Source: Antedon mediterranea (Eukaryota > Animalia > Echinodermata). From it: a stretch of DNA of 64,000 nt. Below, in pieces: positions 1 through 12,500 of the stretch. A program made the position numbers and the translations under genes. How positions within the stretch are numbered: the first letter of the stretch is position 1; every line of letters begins with the position of its first letter. The stretch is taken from the NCBI RefSeq assembly GCF_964355755.1, contig NC_092670.1:23360795-23424794 (forward strand), in the 5' to 3' direction. The notes beneath the pieces are model-generated. The model did no database searches, was not told the DNA's origin, and saw nothing but the letters and a program-made list of their open reading frames with translations.

Positions 1-978
1 ATGTTTGTTAAAAACTCCTTGTTAATGGATGAGCTTGGAACTGATAATGTCGCAGCCACAGATAAACCCTTTGATCTTCGGACCTCATCATCCTGTTGTT
101 AGAATGCTAACTTATGTTTATTATTTTTTTGCGATGTTTGCAGCACTGTTGTTCCCACTTTATTACGCAATAAAGCACTTATAGTGCGTTATAGTGGGAA
201 CTGCTTTAGATATACATTTCTTTTTTTCCTCGACTTATTATATATAATAAATTAAACTTCGAATGCACAGAGAATATGTAGAAAAATTATGAAACAGATG
301 ATTAAATACATTACATTAATAATTTATTATTCATAACTTTTACATTTTAATACAAATTGTATTCAAGACTATCTAATGAATATTCATAAGCTATATATTA
401 CCTAGTGTAATAAGGTAAATCGATAAAATATAAATGAAAATAATACAGTTACTGTATATTCTGTGTATGCCACCACCAATGAATACCAACACTGTCATGT
501 CGATTGTTGTTTGGTAAAATAATAAAAGCTCACTCACAATTTTGAACAATAATCAATACACTGTGTATTTTATTATGCTTATAAAGGTATCTGTTTTATG
601 ATAAAATTTATTTAATATTAATTTCATAACTTCTATCTACTGTACATTTATTTTGTAGCTTAGTTAGACTTAAACAGAAATATTTATTTACCATTTATCA
701 TTAAAATGCTGTTAAAAAAAGAAAGTTAATTTAACTGATATACTATCAATAACAGTGCATTCAGAACAAATCTAATAATGTAAAAATAATATGGATGAAT
801 ATAGAAAAACATTCTCTATATCAGGGAATGTTTGTAGAGTAGCCAAATGCTGAACAGAAGAACTACCTTTTGTTAAACATTCATAAGATGGTATAGAACA
901 AAACTATGGTTACTATAAGTTATTGCTAATCAAGCTTTTCAAATAAAAAGTGCATAAATTGACACTATCAATAATAAA

Positions 979-1111
979 TCTACACTATCAAACTAGTTTG
1001 ACAAAAAAGTGTGATGTGCCCAAATATGGTAGTGATATGACATCAACATGTCCATATATGGGCACATCACATGTTTTTGTCACATAAAGTTTGATAGTGT
1101 AGACAGAGCTT
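979..1111. mobile_element. MITE family A copy (TIR AAGCTCTGTCTACACTATCAAACT, internal GCCCAAATATGGTAGTGATAT unit)
   Basis: TCTACACTATCAAACT...AGTTTGATAGTGTAGACAGAGCTT inverted ends; the same sequence recurs at about 8 sites in the window. Confidence 0.8.
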
Positions 1112-1490
1112 TAGGGACGTTAAGAAACACTTAATAACCAACTAAGCTACATTTTAAAGAATTGTGTTAAGAGAAAAATTTGTCTTTGAAATTGTACATT
1201 TTGTTAGCCTAACATAGCCAAATATTATACAATTAATCATTAATATTAATAAGTATGTTTGTCCGATATTTATGATGTCCTTTTTCGGTAACTCTATTAA
1301 CTTTATTGAGATAATATTTTTAACAATATTATATGACTTGAATGGACAACACTGCTATTGCACACGAGATTTATACGATGGGATGTAACTGGAAATTGAG
1401 GGGGCTATTCACAATTGGTTTGCTTTCCTGTAAAGTGAAAAACAACAATGAATTAAATGGTAAATAATAGAGTACTGTACTGGCAAAATG

Positions 1491-1765
1491 TTAAAGATAT
1501 ATTGTCTCCCTGAAAAAAAACCTTGCTTTTGTTGTTGAATAAATGCCATTTTAATGTACCATAATTAGTTATTCATCATTAATATAAAGCAAAAAAAATG
1601 GTCAAATTGGCTGAGAGGCAATGTGATTTTAGTTGAATTAATGGTTGTTTTTTTTTTTTTTTCAACAGAAGTTATTCAATATTAAAACTATAAAATGGTT
1701 TATTCAAAGATTTATTTTATTTGAATCTGCAGTGTTCTTGTTTTTTGGGGACAATGTTATTTTGA
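1491..1765. mobile_element. Degenerate TTAA/Kolobok-like MITE
   Basis: TTAAAGATATATTGTCTCCC...GGGGACAATGTTATTTTGAA resembles the TIRs of the 12868-13971 element. Confidence 0.45.
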
Positions 1766-1888
1766 AGGGTCTTTTTGCAGAAATAATCTTAGGCTAGGTA
1801 TGTGAAAATTAAGAAGGTGCATTATCTGAAAATAAAATGGAAAAATGTATAGGCACCCACTTCCTTCAAGTCAATTGTAAATACCTTT

Positions 1889-3297
1889 TTAATCATCATC
1901 TTCAGGAACGAAAATGTCATTTTCTTCCAAGAAGGCGGCACCTTCTTTACTGATGGTGGCACCGACATACATGAATGGTGCGACTACGATGGCGACTATA
2001 GGCAGGCCGAACCGCACTCTGCTTGGAGCAGGCAGAATAGCACCGTTGGTATTGGTTACAACATTCCTAACAAACTGGTTAGCAACATGATTGCTCTTCA
2101 AGAGAAAAAATAGTTAATGTTGTGTAATATTAATAATATTAATTCAAATCCTTGATGTTTACATTATACAGTAATCTGGTAGAACATTCATTACATTATT
2201 GTAATTATAAAAATAACAAATATAAATGAAAGCACTCAGAAACTGAGTGAATTATGCACTTGTCAATTGTATGACCCACTATACGACCCCCGGGAGAGGT
2301 GCGTCATTTGTCCGATGTGCGTCATACTTTTGAATACCATGACGCACCCGTGCGTCAAAAAGGTGACTTACCTTTAGGTGACCATGACGCACCCATTTTG
2401 ACGCACTGTGACCATGTTGTTTATGATATGGTGGGTGGTAAAGTGACGGACATTGACACACCTTGTTCATTGATGTGACGTACCATCTAGGTTTTTTGAC
2501 GCACCCCTGCGTCAGTAATTATTTGTAAATGACGCACCTCTCCCGGGGGTCGTATAGTGAGTTATACAATTGACAAGTGCATTACGTGTTGATATTTCGG
2601 CCTATGTTAATAGAATACAAATTTTTCATTTTTAATTTGTGAATAATAATATTATAATTAACTAATTTTCTTGAATTTCAATAGAATAGGCATATTCTGT
2701 AACAGTAAGTATATATATACACGGTACACCGATTTACACCGTAAATGAATGATTGTAGGCGTTATCGTGCTAACAAAAAAAAGCAAGTACTACTACCCTA
2801 ATAATCCTACCTAGCTAGCTAACAACTATCTAGCCTACAGTAAGCCCTCTAGAATTAGATTAAAGTTAGGCGTAGCTAGTAAAAAAATTGTAAAAACTTT
2901 GAGGTCTAGACTACTACTAGGCCTAGTTATAACTTTACTAGGCCTAGGCCTATATCATAAATTAGTTAAAATATAGGCTAGGCCCTAGTACAGTCCATGT
3001 CTGGATGCCAGGCCTACCAATACAATACATGGACACACGCCAAAAGGCCATCTGTACTCTTCACGTATCATCCGCGCCCCGTTACGTGATCCGTCAGGAG
3101 GCCTACTAATTTACGGTCACACTAATAATAGTGACTAATCTACTATATGCTTAACGAAACCTAAATAATTTTACAAAAAAACATCTAAAATCCTTATACT
3201 TGAAATGGTAATTAAAAGCAATAGATAATTTTACTTTAAACCCGAAGAAAGACTGCTTTAGTTTTAGCAATTGCAGTCCTCTAACCATTGACGCCAT
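1889..3297 (-). CDS. SMDT1: Essential MCU regulator EMRE; coding exons 3297-3235 and 2095-1889 (89 aa)
   Basis: Exon 2 encodes GAILPAP..FGL..VVAPFMYVGATISKEGAAFLEENDIFVPEDDD, the EMRE TM helix plus acidic tail; exon 1 MASMVRGLQLLKLKQSFFGFK resembles a mitochondrial presequence; phase-0 GT(3234)/AG(2096) joins in frame. Confidence 0.93.
2254..2582. mobile_element. Foldback MITE in the SMDT1 intron
   Basis: About 60-bp TIRs ATGCACTTGTCAATTGTAT..CCCCCGGGAGAGGTGCGTCATTT and its reverse complement; internal GACGCAC repeats. Confidence 0.8.
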
Positions 3298-3582
3298 TTT
3301 TCGTTGTTTGTGTTGATATTTTAATAAGGTCAACAAATCTATTTCTATTTAAATTCAGATACGTAAATAAATAAATAATATACACAGATAATTTAGGTTA
3401 ATATTTAATTTTCAAATATTTGTTTTTATATTTTTAATAACAATATAATTATTTTAGAAGTTAAATAAACTTTTGGTAGATCCAATAAATAGGTAGATCT
3501 TGACCGTGAACTTTTGATCCTCCTCAATTCACACACGTCGCGTAAAAACTTCACTTCGTGTTATTGCATTCATTTTTTGTAA
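3298..3582. promoter_or_regulatory. Putative bidirectional promoter, SMDT1 / oligopeptidase A-like
   Basis: Only 285 bp between divergent ATGs (3297 minus, 3583 plus). Confidence 0.65.
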
Positions 3583-6500
3583 ATGGCACGGGGTTTACTG
3601 TATTATTGCAAAATCAGTTCACGTGAAATGATTATAAAGTTAAAACGATGTCCTTGGAGGAGGTATTTATTATCTATAGACTCAGTAATATATATAGGCC
3701 TATCTAGACTATGAGGCTACTAGGCTAGGCCTCTTTCTTAATATATCTCTCCTCTATCTTATTATTGTTGTGATTTTAGGTTGGTGCTGGAATGGCCTGA
3801 TATTGATAATTAAAGCCCCATTCCCTACGTTTTTTAGATCTAATTTAAGATCACAAACTATATTTAATGTAAAAATAATACTACATGGTCCTATTGCGAT
3901 AACTTTTTTCGTCTTTAAACGGTTAAAAATGTGAAAAATAAATCGATTCTAATAACGCTGTGGCTAAAGATACGGTACCGTATTCTAACTTCTGTTTACT
4001 AAAGGTACGGTAAAATTACATTATGTCATAACCAGCCAATGGGGTGCTGGTACGTGTGTGACGTCATCGTATAAGGACTTTGTGGATTTTTTTTCATATC
4101 GCGAAAACAGTGATCAACCGCATTTTCTTGATGCTTTATTTATCGCTATTATCGCCGTCGTGTGTGACAAAAACTAAATGTAGCCTACGTCTGTTATTAT
4201 TATTGAAAAGCCAAAACATGTTGATTTTAATTTTAGAATACAGAAAACCGTTTCAAAAGAGGCCTAGGCCTACTTACTACGTATACTATAACCTCATTGT
4301 ATGAGTTTGTTTGTGTAGAGGAAAAGCGATGCCAGGCTGGGGCCAGCTGCATGTGTGAGCTGATTTCTGTGACTCGTCAGCCCTGGGGCTACTGTCTAAA
4401 TCATAGTATTTGAGGGCCCCTTAATTGTCCGCATTTGCTTGTTGTTTATCGTCACCATTGTAAACAAAGTTTAATAAAAAATATAGGCCTAAATAGGCCA
4501 TTTTGGAATAAAAATAAAACCCTCATCTGCAGCGCACACACATCCACGCAGCCTGGCGCCGCCGATAGGAATTCTCTACATATATAATACAACAGACGTG
4601 ATATGAAAAAAAATCCCAAGTTCTTATACGATGACGTCACACACGTACCAGCACCCCATTGGCTGATTATGACGTAATGCAATTTTACCGTACCTTTAGT
4701 AAACAGAAGTTAGAATACGGTACCGTATCTTTAGCCACAGCGTTCTAATAATTATAGCGGCCCGCTATAAATCCCAAAATGCATTGCGCGCGGATTGATA
4801 TTTTTGTTTTTCACCTGTAATTCGCCCACTTTTCGATCGATCGTGAAGCCAAAACAAATGGAAGACTCCTAACTTTTCAGCGAAAATACCGGGTTTTCCC
4901 CAATTTGTATCAACGGAGTCTGGCAAAAATAGAAAGACAATTAATACAGCAACTATACAACGTCAGGCTAGGTATATAGCTAGCGTACGATGTTCGTACG
5001 TTATCGATGTTTACCAGCTAGGCCTACAAAACTAAGCCTAGCTAGGCTAGGCCTAAGACCGTCCACGAGAGGTTGATCGCCGCGAGCTACTTAGGTAGTG
5101 CATTGTTTCTCACTTTTTATCATAATTTACCATAAAACGTACATTTAAGACAAGGAATGACATGGTTTAATGTTTTTAAAGTGATATATATGTATTATTT
5201 TCCAAAAAACGTCCAAAATTGCAGGGAAGGGGTCTTTAAAGCTACTAGGCTTACCTTAACAGTCCCGCTTGTCCTAAATCACACACAATGTAAATGAGCA
5301 AGTCCAAGTCAATATATATAATTGGTATCTTCCGCCTTGTTTGCTTGGTTTCCTGCTTCGAATAGACCGGTTCGGGCGGCGTCGAGGTCCCACGTTAACA
5401 TTTGCACACATACACCAACCTATGCAAAATGTGTCGAGGCTAATCGACAGCTAGGCAAGACACATTCAACTAAGTAGTAATTAGAAATAGCCCATAGAAA
5501 GCTTAGACCCACAAGAAGAATGTTTATAATTTGTGTACTGTAATTTTTTAATTCTGCTATTTTATTATCAAACAATATGCATGTACTCAAAGGAACTTTA
5601 AAAATGCGCGTATATGAACACATGAGATGGAAAGATTAGAACCACGAGAATAAAAAATCTATTTTTGTGTAATGTAATTGTTTAAATTTGCTGACTTATT
5701 ACTCGGACTGTGTCATACCTAACAGTAACACACACGTCACACCCACACAGACTACTAGAATAATAATTAGGCCTAATAGTATTAATAGAAACTATAATTT
5801 TAACACGTAATTCTTTAGTAATACAATAATTATATTAAAAACTATCATAAACTAAAGGCTGATTATTTCGACAATCCACACAAAACGCCGCTATTCTTTT
5901 ATGAAATCGCACGCCGCAACCACAGCGGAGATAGGCCTAGAATCGTATCGCAGTTGTGTCGCGTAATCACTTCTTGTTGTTATACGCTTGGGTGCACACG
6001 GAACAAGAAAATTTAACTGATGAATTATTCATGTTTATTTTGTGACGTTTCATTAAGGCGTCCCCAACTTATGTACGAAAAAAAAAATCGCCGCCGGCAC
6101 CCCCTCGGGTTGGTTACCGTCATCGTCCGCTTGGTTCAACAAAGCATCATTGGTCGGAGTCACCCCCGTCTGGAACACACTCACCCCTTCAGCTTCCCTG
6201 GCCGTACCTATCTGTCTACCCTTTTTCATAGTAAGATAGTGATCAGATGTGTTGATGACACAGATGCATGGCGCATCAGTGCGTAGATGTAAAGTTGCCG
6301 GTATCGCCACATCGTCAGTAGTTGGAACTGGCTCTATAAAGAAATCAGGCATAGATACATTGTTAGTCACAAGTTTACATTTAACATGAGCGGCTGAGTG
6401 AGGAGGGATTACTCTCCGTTTAGCCACTGTTACCTGGGCAACCCTAGGTTCCACCGGTGAATCCCCTCTTAGAGATATGGTACTGCCCCCAATTGCCAGA

Positions 6501-9500
6501 AGCAAATTTCCACAATCGATAACGTCTCCCTGTGGATGAAGGAAATCCCCGCCCAAGAGCGTATCGTCGTTGATGGGGGCAACATAAAAGAATTCCTGGT
6601 ACTCTTTGGTTCCCAATGTAAACTTTAGAGGCCCCACCTTCGAACATGGCATAGATGTCCCCCTTCCTGCCAAAGTAAAGGACAGGGTGGATCTAGACTC
6701 AAACTTTATCGGATAGTATAGTAAAATCCGCTGCAGTGTCCACGACTGCGTCAATTTTTCGATTTAACCCTGCTGATAACAATCCGAGTTTGAGTCTCTT
6801 CAGTTCTGGTTGTCGTCGGTGTAGATGATTCAATCAGCCCCAAGATAATTGTAGATGGCTCGATGATCGTCACAGGATCCGGTGCTACCTCCTCTGTATT
6901 TGCAGGCTTGGCCATCGGGCCCGGCTTGGAGATAGTTGACAAGCCATCATCTTCCTGGCCTGCTTCCGGAACCGGGTTAGGTCGTCGGCCCTCTGACCCA
7001 ACCCTTACTCGTTTAACGGATCCTGCTCATTGCCACTAACCGGATGCAAACGGCTCGCTAACCTCTGACAATCCCTGCGGAAATGTCCCACCTCCTTACA
7101 TTCAAAGCAAGCTAGTTCGCCTTGTCTCATGAAACGCATGAGCTGATCCAATTGATCCCGTATGGCTGCAATCTCCGTGTACACGGTGCTCTCCACCCAT
7201 CCCAGATTGGTATTCAACGTCTGGAAATTACTCTCCACAGCGGCCAAACGGGCCTCCTTAGTAGGAGTATTGTTGGTTGGTGGCACCGGCGTCACAGTTC
7301 GAGGCTGGTTTTGGCCGCCAGTAGGTGCGGGTTCCGGAGGAACCCAAGCCGGTGCTGGCCTCTGAAACGTTACACGGTTTCCCCTCATAGGCCTCCCTCG
7401 CACCTGCTTAATGGATACCTCATCGCCAGTTTCACCCTCGGTATCGTCCTGGTCCTCTGAAGGTAGCTGAAAAGATAGTGGGGGTGCAAAAGAAGTACGG
7501 ACCGTGGACCTAACATGAGGTTTCACGGTATCCTTAACCTTACTCTTACGTTTACTATATAGCCCCCTATAACTATCATATTCTTCAAACTCCCTAATAG
7601 CTCTGGGAATAGTTGAACAGTGCTTGTGCATGACGTGTCTACCCACTTCTGCGTCCCTGCACCCAATACAAAACCTAACTACGGCTTGCTCCTGGATCCA
7701 CTCCTTGGGCAAATCCTTAAACGCCTTCCTAGTCAGGTTAGCACTCTATCTCCCCATTCCTCTATAGTCTCTCCCTCATTTTGCGTAGCAGTCTCTAATT
7801 TAGCTTGGAGGACCGCGGGGAGCTCGTCCTCATTAAAGCGTCGGTTGAAAGCTCTAATAATCCGCCTAAAGCCGATATCAGCGTTCATTTCTATTAGATT
7901 CACATAGAACTCAGCCGCCGCCCCGTCTAAACACCAAGTAAGGACGTCCTTACTTTCACGGTTTGTGAGTTCCTGCTCATCTATAAATGAAGCCAATCGT
8001 CGCTTAAAAAAGGATCAGTTGTCTCCCCTCCCCCTAAACGTTAGAGACAGGTATATCTTTTTTACGCATTCTCCTACGTTCTAAAAGACCCTGCCGGCCT
8101 TCATAGTGCCAGATTCTCGAGGTGGTCCTGAGACACTCCACTGCTGTCCTAGCCCCTGCACTATGTCTATCCGACTCTCTACTCCTGCTACTATCAGTAT
8201 CAGTACCATCCCTACTAAGGTCACTATCGCTGGTCGATGGAGATCGCCGGCGAGTCCTAGTTTTAGACCTAGCGTTTTTAGATAGTCTCCTGGGGAGTCT
8301 TTCCTCCTCGTCCTCCCTAGAGCTAAAACACGAGTCTAAGGTTATTGGAGATGACTTTTTGATGTAGCTCCTACGTTTTGTTGACCTACTCTTACCTCTA
8401 TCCTGGTCAGAACGCCCAGCGGAGGTGGACGGCATATAAGCAGGGTTGTAGCTAAGAATTGTTGAGGGTGGAAAAAAAAATTGTGAGGGTGGTTTTTTAC
8501 TAAGCTTGCGAGCGAAGCGAGGAACTTAGGCTGGGGGCCAGGGGGCCGGCAAGGGCCCCCGGTCGGGGTTCAGGGGCCGAAGGCCCCTGAAAAAATTTGC
8601 TATATTGACCTTTATAAGACTCATTTTAATGATGGTTTATATGTGTAATTTTTTACATTTTTTTTTATTAATAATATTATCATTGTTCAGGTGAATGATT
8701 TTAATAAAGCAAAACAATACTTTTACCATGGACGTAATTATACGTACCTCCCGGTTTATACCTCCATGCTTTGACAGTGTAAGTGTAGGCCTGCCATTTG
8801 GACCTAAACATAACTGCCTTTGTGGTTACCTTGCCCCTGAAGAACGCCTAGGCCTAGCTAGCTTGCATGAATTAAATAAATTTGTTCGATTTAGCCGAGA
8901 ATATTTTTTCAAGATAAAAACCTCTTATTGATATTCATGCCGCACAACAACCACGTAGAAAAACATCACGATGTACTTACATGAACGAACGTACATTTCG
9001 CCAGGTCTGCGGCCTGGGCGATGAATGATCTAGGCTATCATCCGAGCCATACTACAGTATACTCGCGCTAATGATGTAATTCACAAAATAAAAAATAATA
9101 ACAGTACAAGATATATAGTATGTTTCAATTCAATGGTTTTTTAATAAATACACGTAGTCGGGAAGTTACTCCACAAAGCAGTCGGCGTGGAACGGTTGAT
9201 TAGCCTACAGTTTAATTCGCCGGTTTTTTTAAATATTCTCCATGATTCATTCATACAGAGGAGATAAGAAAATCGCGCACAGCATGCAAAGCTAGCAAGC
9301 TGCATGCTAGGTTGTGATGTTCACTCAAGTGGAACTTGAGCGTACCGTCCAATCAGCATTAAGTACATGACAGTTCTGCTTGGTTGATTTTCAACAAAGC
9401 TGTGTGTTTTGTGCTAGGCTAGTACCTAGCTGCATTGTGCGATGTGAGCTTGTGTTAGCTAGAATATGCCCGATATTTCGCGGAAAAAAAAGGAATTTAG

Positions 9501-12500
9501 GGTGGGCGGACAGGTACGTCTGACGCTGGGCGGAAGGCCTTAAAATTAGCTTTAGACTGGGCGGGAGGCTTTTAGGCAGGGCGGCCCCGCCCGGCTCCGC
9601 CCTGCACAATTACATCCCTGTATAAGCCCTAAGCCCACCTTCGAGATAGCGAGGATCACTAGCAGGTCCTGTAGTATAATACGTACCTGGTACGTCTAAT
9701 AGAGGAGTAGCCTGGGGCGATGGGAGGACGTGGTATCGACCACTATGGCCCCCGTTATTTTGCACCCGATATGCCCCTTCCATATCTACAGATTGTGAGA
9801 CCTGCGACCCCCTTCTGGCCGCTCTATTTTGTTTTTCCACTAGAGGTGCCACATTATCTATCATTTGGCCTACGCCTCCACCTAAACTCGGATTCGGTTG
9901 AAAATCCAGGTGGTCAACTAACCTGGCAGTACCGGCTACTCCGTGTATCTGGTGAATATTAGAGGACGTAATGTTGTCATGGGTAGCCTGCCATTTAACC
10001 ATTCTAGTTGCTCGCTTCTTCCCTACATTAGGGACTCCATAAAGGTCTTGCACTTGGCAAAAGTTAACTAGAACCTTATTAGACGGCATGATCTAAAAAT
10101 TGTCTCTCTTCTATTTGATGGTTATGCTTCTAAATCTAGTTACAGTGTATGACAGATGTTATTACGCAAAGAGTACGATACAAATTAAAATACCGCCAGA
10201 CGTAATAAAAATTACAGGCCCAACAGTAGAATCAAATATTGTCAATGCAGTAACACACACACAATATTGCAAAATGGCTGTTGGAGATGCAAATATAATA
10301 AAATATTTCACCAGCAAACCTGCAATGAAAAAAAACCCGTCAATACAGTTAACAACACTTACCACTAAACCTTCCTTTCTGTGAGATAAAAACCTGACTG
10401 ACGGACGAAAAAGATGTTATCAATAAAAACAATCAAGATAAAAATTAGTGGTGCCACTCAGCTCAACGGCCACGCCTAGTATCCCACTAGGTGATACGGC
10501 CTAATAAACTGCCCACTAATACTTCAACTATAGAAAAAAAATACAACTCCCGGTCCGTATCGACTCCCCCGCCGATACGCTAATCAGCAAGTATCCAAAT
10601 GCCACAATACTACGTGATTAACTTTACCGGTATGTTATACCTTCAATAAATATACCAACTTCAATAAACTAACAAATGCACCGTAAGCACAATAAGTTAA
10701 TAGGTTTCGGAGGACGAAATACCTCGCGATCGACCCGATCACGTTAAGAATGCAAAGCAATCAAGGTTCCCACCTCTCCAAAAAAAAAATATATTCCAAG
10801 CTTTTGCTCGCAGCGCCAATGTTGTGATTTTAGGTTGGTGCTGGAATGGTCTGATAATTAAAGCTACTAGGCTTACCTTAACAGTCCCGCTTGTCCTAAA
10901 TCACAGTCCAAGTCCAAGTCAATATATATAATCGGTATCTTCCGCCTTGTTTGCTTGGTTCCCTGCTTCGAATAGACCGGTTCGGGCGGCGTCGAGGTCC
11001 CACGTTAACATTTGCATACCCCCTGTATGCAAATCAAGCTATCGGGGAGACACCCTTGTCCGGTCGGAGGGGTGGTCTGTTTACCCGGCGGGCGCCGTTC
11101 ACAACATTATTCTTACTCTTAGCCTGGCCTGTGTGTGTCTGCTACTTTACTTAATATTAATTATTCTAGCCTACATTATAGTAGTATCATCAGGCAAGGC
11201 ATCATCATATAATAACTAGTTAGCTACTAGGTAGGATATAGAGGGCAGCCTACTAGATTCTAGAGAAGGCTTTTTAGCTAGAACTCCCCTTCTACATGAT
11301 CAGGCTACCAGTTACTACCAGTCAGATGTTGTAAGATTGAATATACCTTGTTTACCTTGAACTTCGGACATTGAGAACTAGCTCATTTGTCCCTCCATCA
11401 TCATAACTGCAAACTCTTCATTAACGTACGGGCGAAACTTGATGTGGTGGTCAGACCAATATTTAGCAATGCCCGATTTGAACTCATTGACCGATTGTGC
11501 CTCTACTACATGAGGGTAATGAGTTCCAATCATCTACCACTCTTACCGAATATGCACTCTTTCTAACATTTAATTTTGTCTTGGGTTTAGAGACTTTGAA
11601 ACTGTGTCCTCTAGTTTGTTTATAATTATATTTTGCAAAGAGCTTCTCATCATTTATTTTCTCATACTTATTAAATATTTTAAATGTTTGTAATGCATCA
11701 GCCCTTTTCTTTCTAAATACTAACGTAGGTAGGTCCAAAGCCTTCAACCTCTCTTCGTATGGTTTGTATCTTAATTCGGACACCAGCCTTGTTGATCTCT
11801 GTTGAACTTTCTCCAGTCTGTCTTTATCTTTTTTATATAGTGGTATCCATGAGCTACCTCCATATTCCATCTTGGGTCTAACCATAGCTTTATACAGATA
11901 CATGTAACAGGGCTATCAAGATATTTGAAGGACCTACATATCATCCCCAGCATCATATTTGCAGATCTAGCAACTTTTGTAGTATGAGCCGAAAAATTCA
12001 ATTTATGATCTATTAAAATCCCCAAATCGGTTTCTTGTGTTATACTCTCAATGATCACTTTCGAAGGACCTTCTCCAATAAAATACTTAGACATACCATT
12101 TCTATATCCAAAATGGATTACTTTGCATTTTGTTAAATTAAATGGCAACTGCCAGTCTGTAGACCATCTATACATTGCATCCACATCACATTGAAGCAAG
12201 GCACTATCAGAATCAGATTGGATAACTCTAAACAATTTTGTATCGTCGGCAAAAAACTTGATTTCAGAATGAGAAATAACATCTGGAAGGTCATTTATAA
12301 ATATAACAAATAATAATGGTCCCAGGATACTGCCTTGGGGCACTCCACTAATTACATCACGCCATTCAGACTTTTTTCCATTGACAACCACCCTCTGCTT
12401 ACGATCAATCAAAAAAGCTTTGATCCATCCTAATAAATTTCCAGAAACTCCATAAGACTTTAATTTTAACAGCAATCTTCCATGCGGAACTTTATCAAAC

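Larger units (their letters stand above)
3766..5405 (-). repeat. 3' LTR of Gypsy copy 1 (split by the insertion at 3814-5235; inner ~90 bp lost)
   Basis: 3766-3813 plus 5240-5405 match 10820-11015 with a few indels. Confidence 0.85.
3766..11106 (-). mobile_element. Gypsy LTR retrotransposon copy 1 (gag-protease retained, RT/RH/IN deleted)
   Basis: TGTTGTGA...TCACAACA termini, 4-bp TSD TTAT (3762-3765 / 11107-11110), two homologous LTRs, PBS, CCHC knuckle, protease. Confidence 0.92.

Noticed and set aside
7122-8367. Plus-strand ORFs overlapping gag (7122-7460, 7620-7907, 8122-8367)
   Set aside because: Antisense shadows of GC-richer gag sequence, with no independent motifs.
10162-10365. Hydrophobic 67-aa ORF in the Gypsy leader as an env-like or membrane peptide
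   Set aside because: The T-rich strand yields hydrophobic codons by chance; it has a non-ATG start and no recognisable motif or second copy to test conservation.
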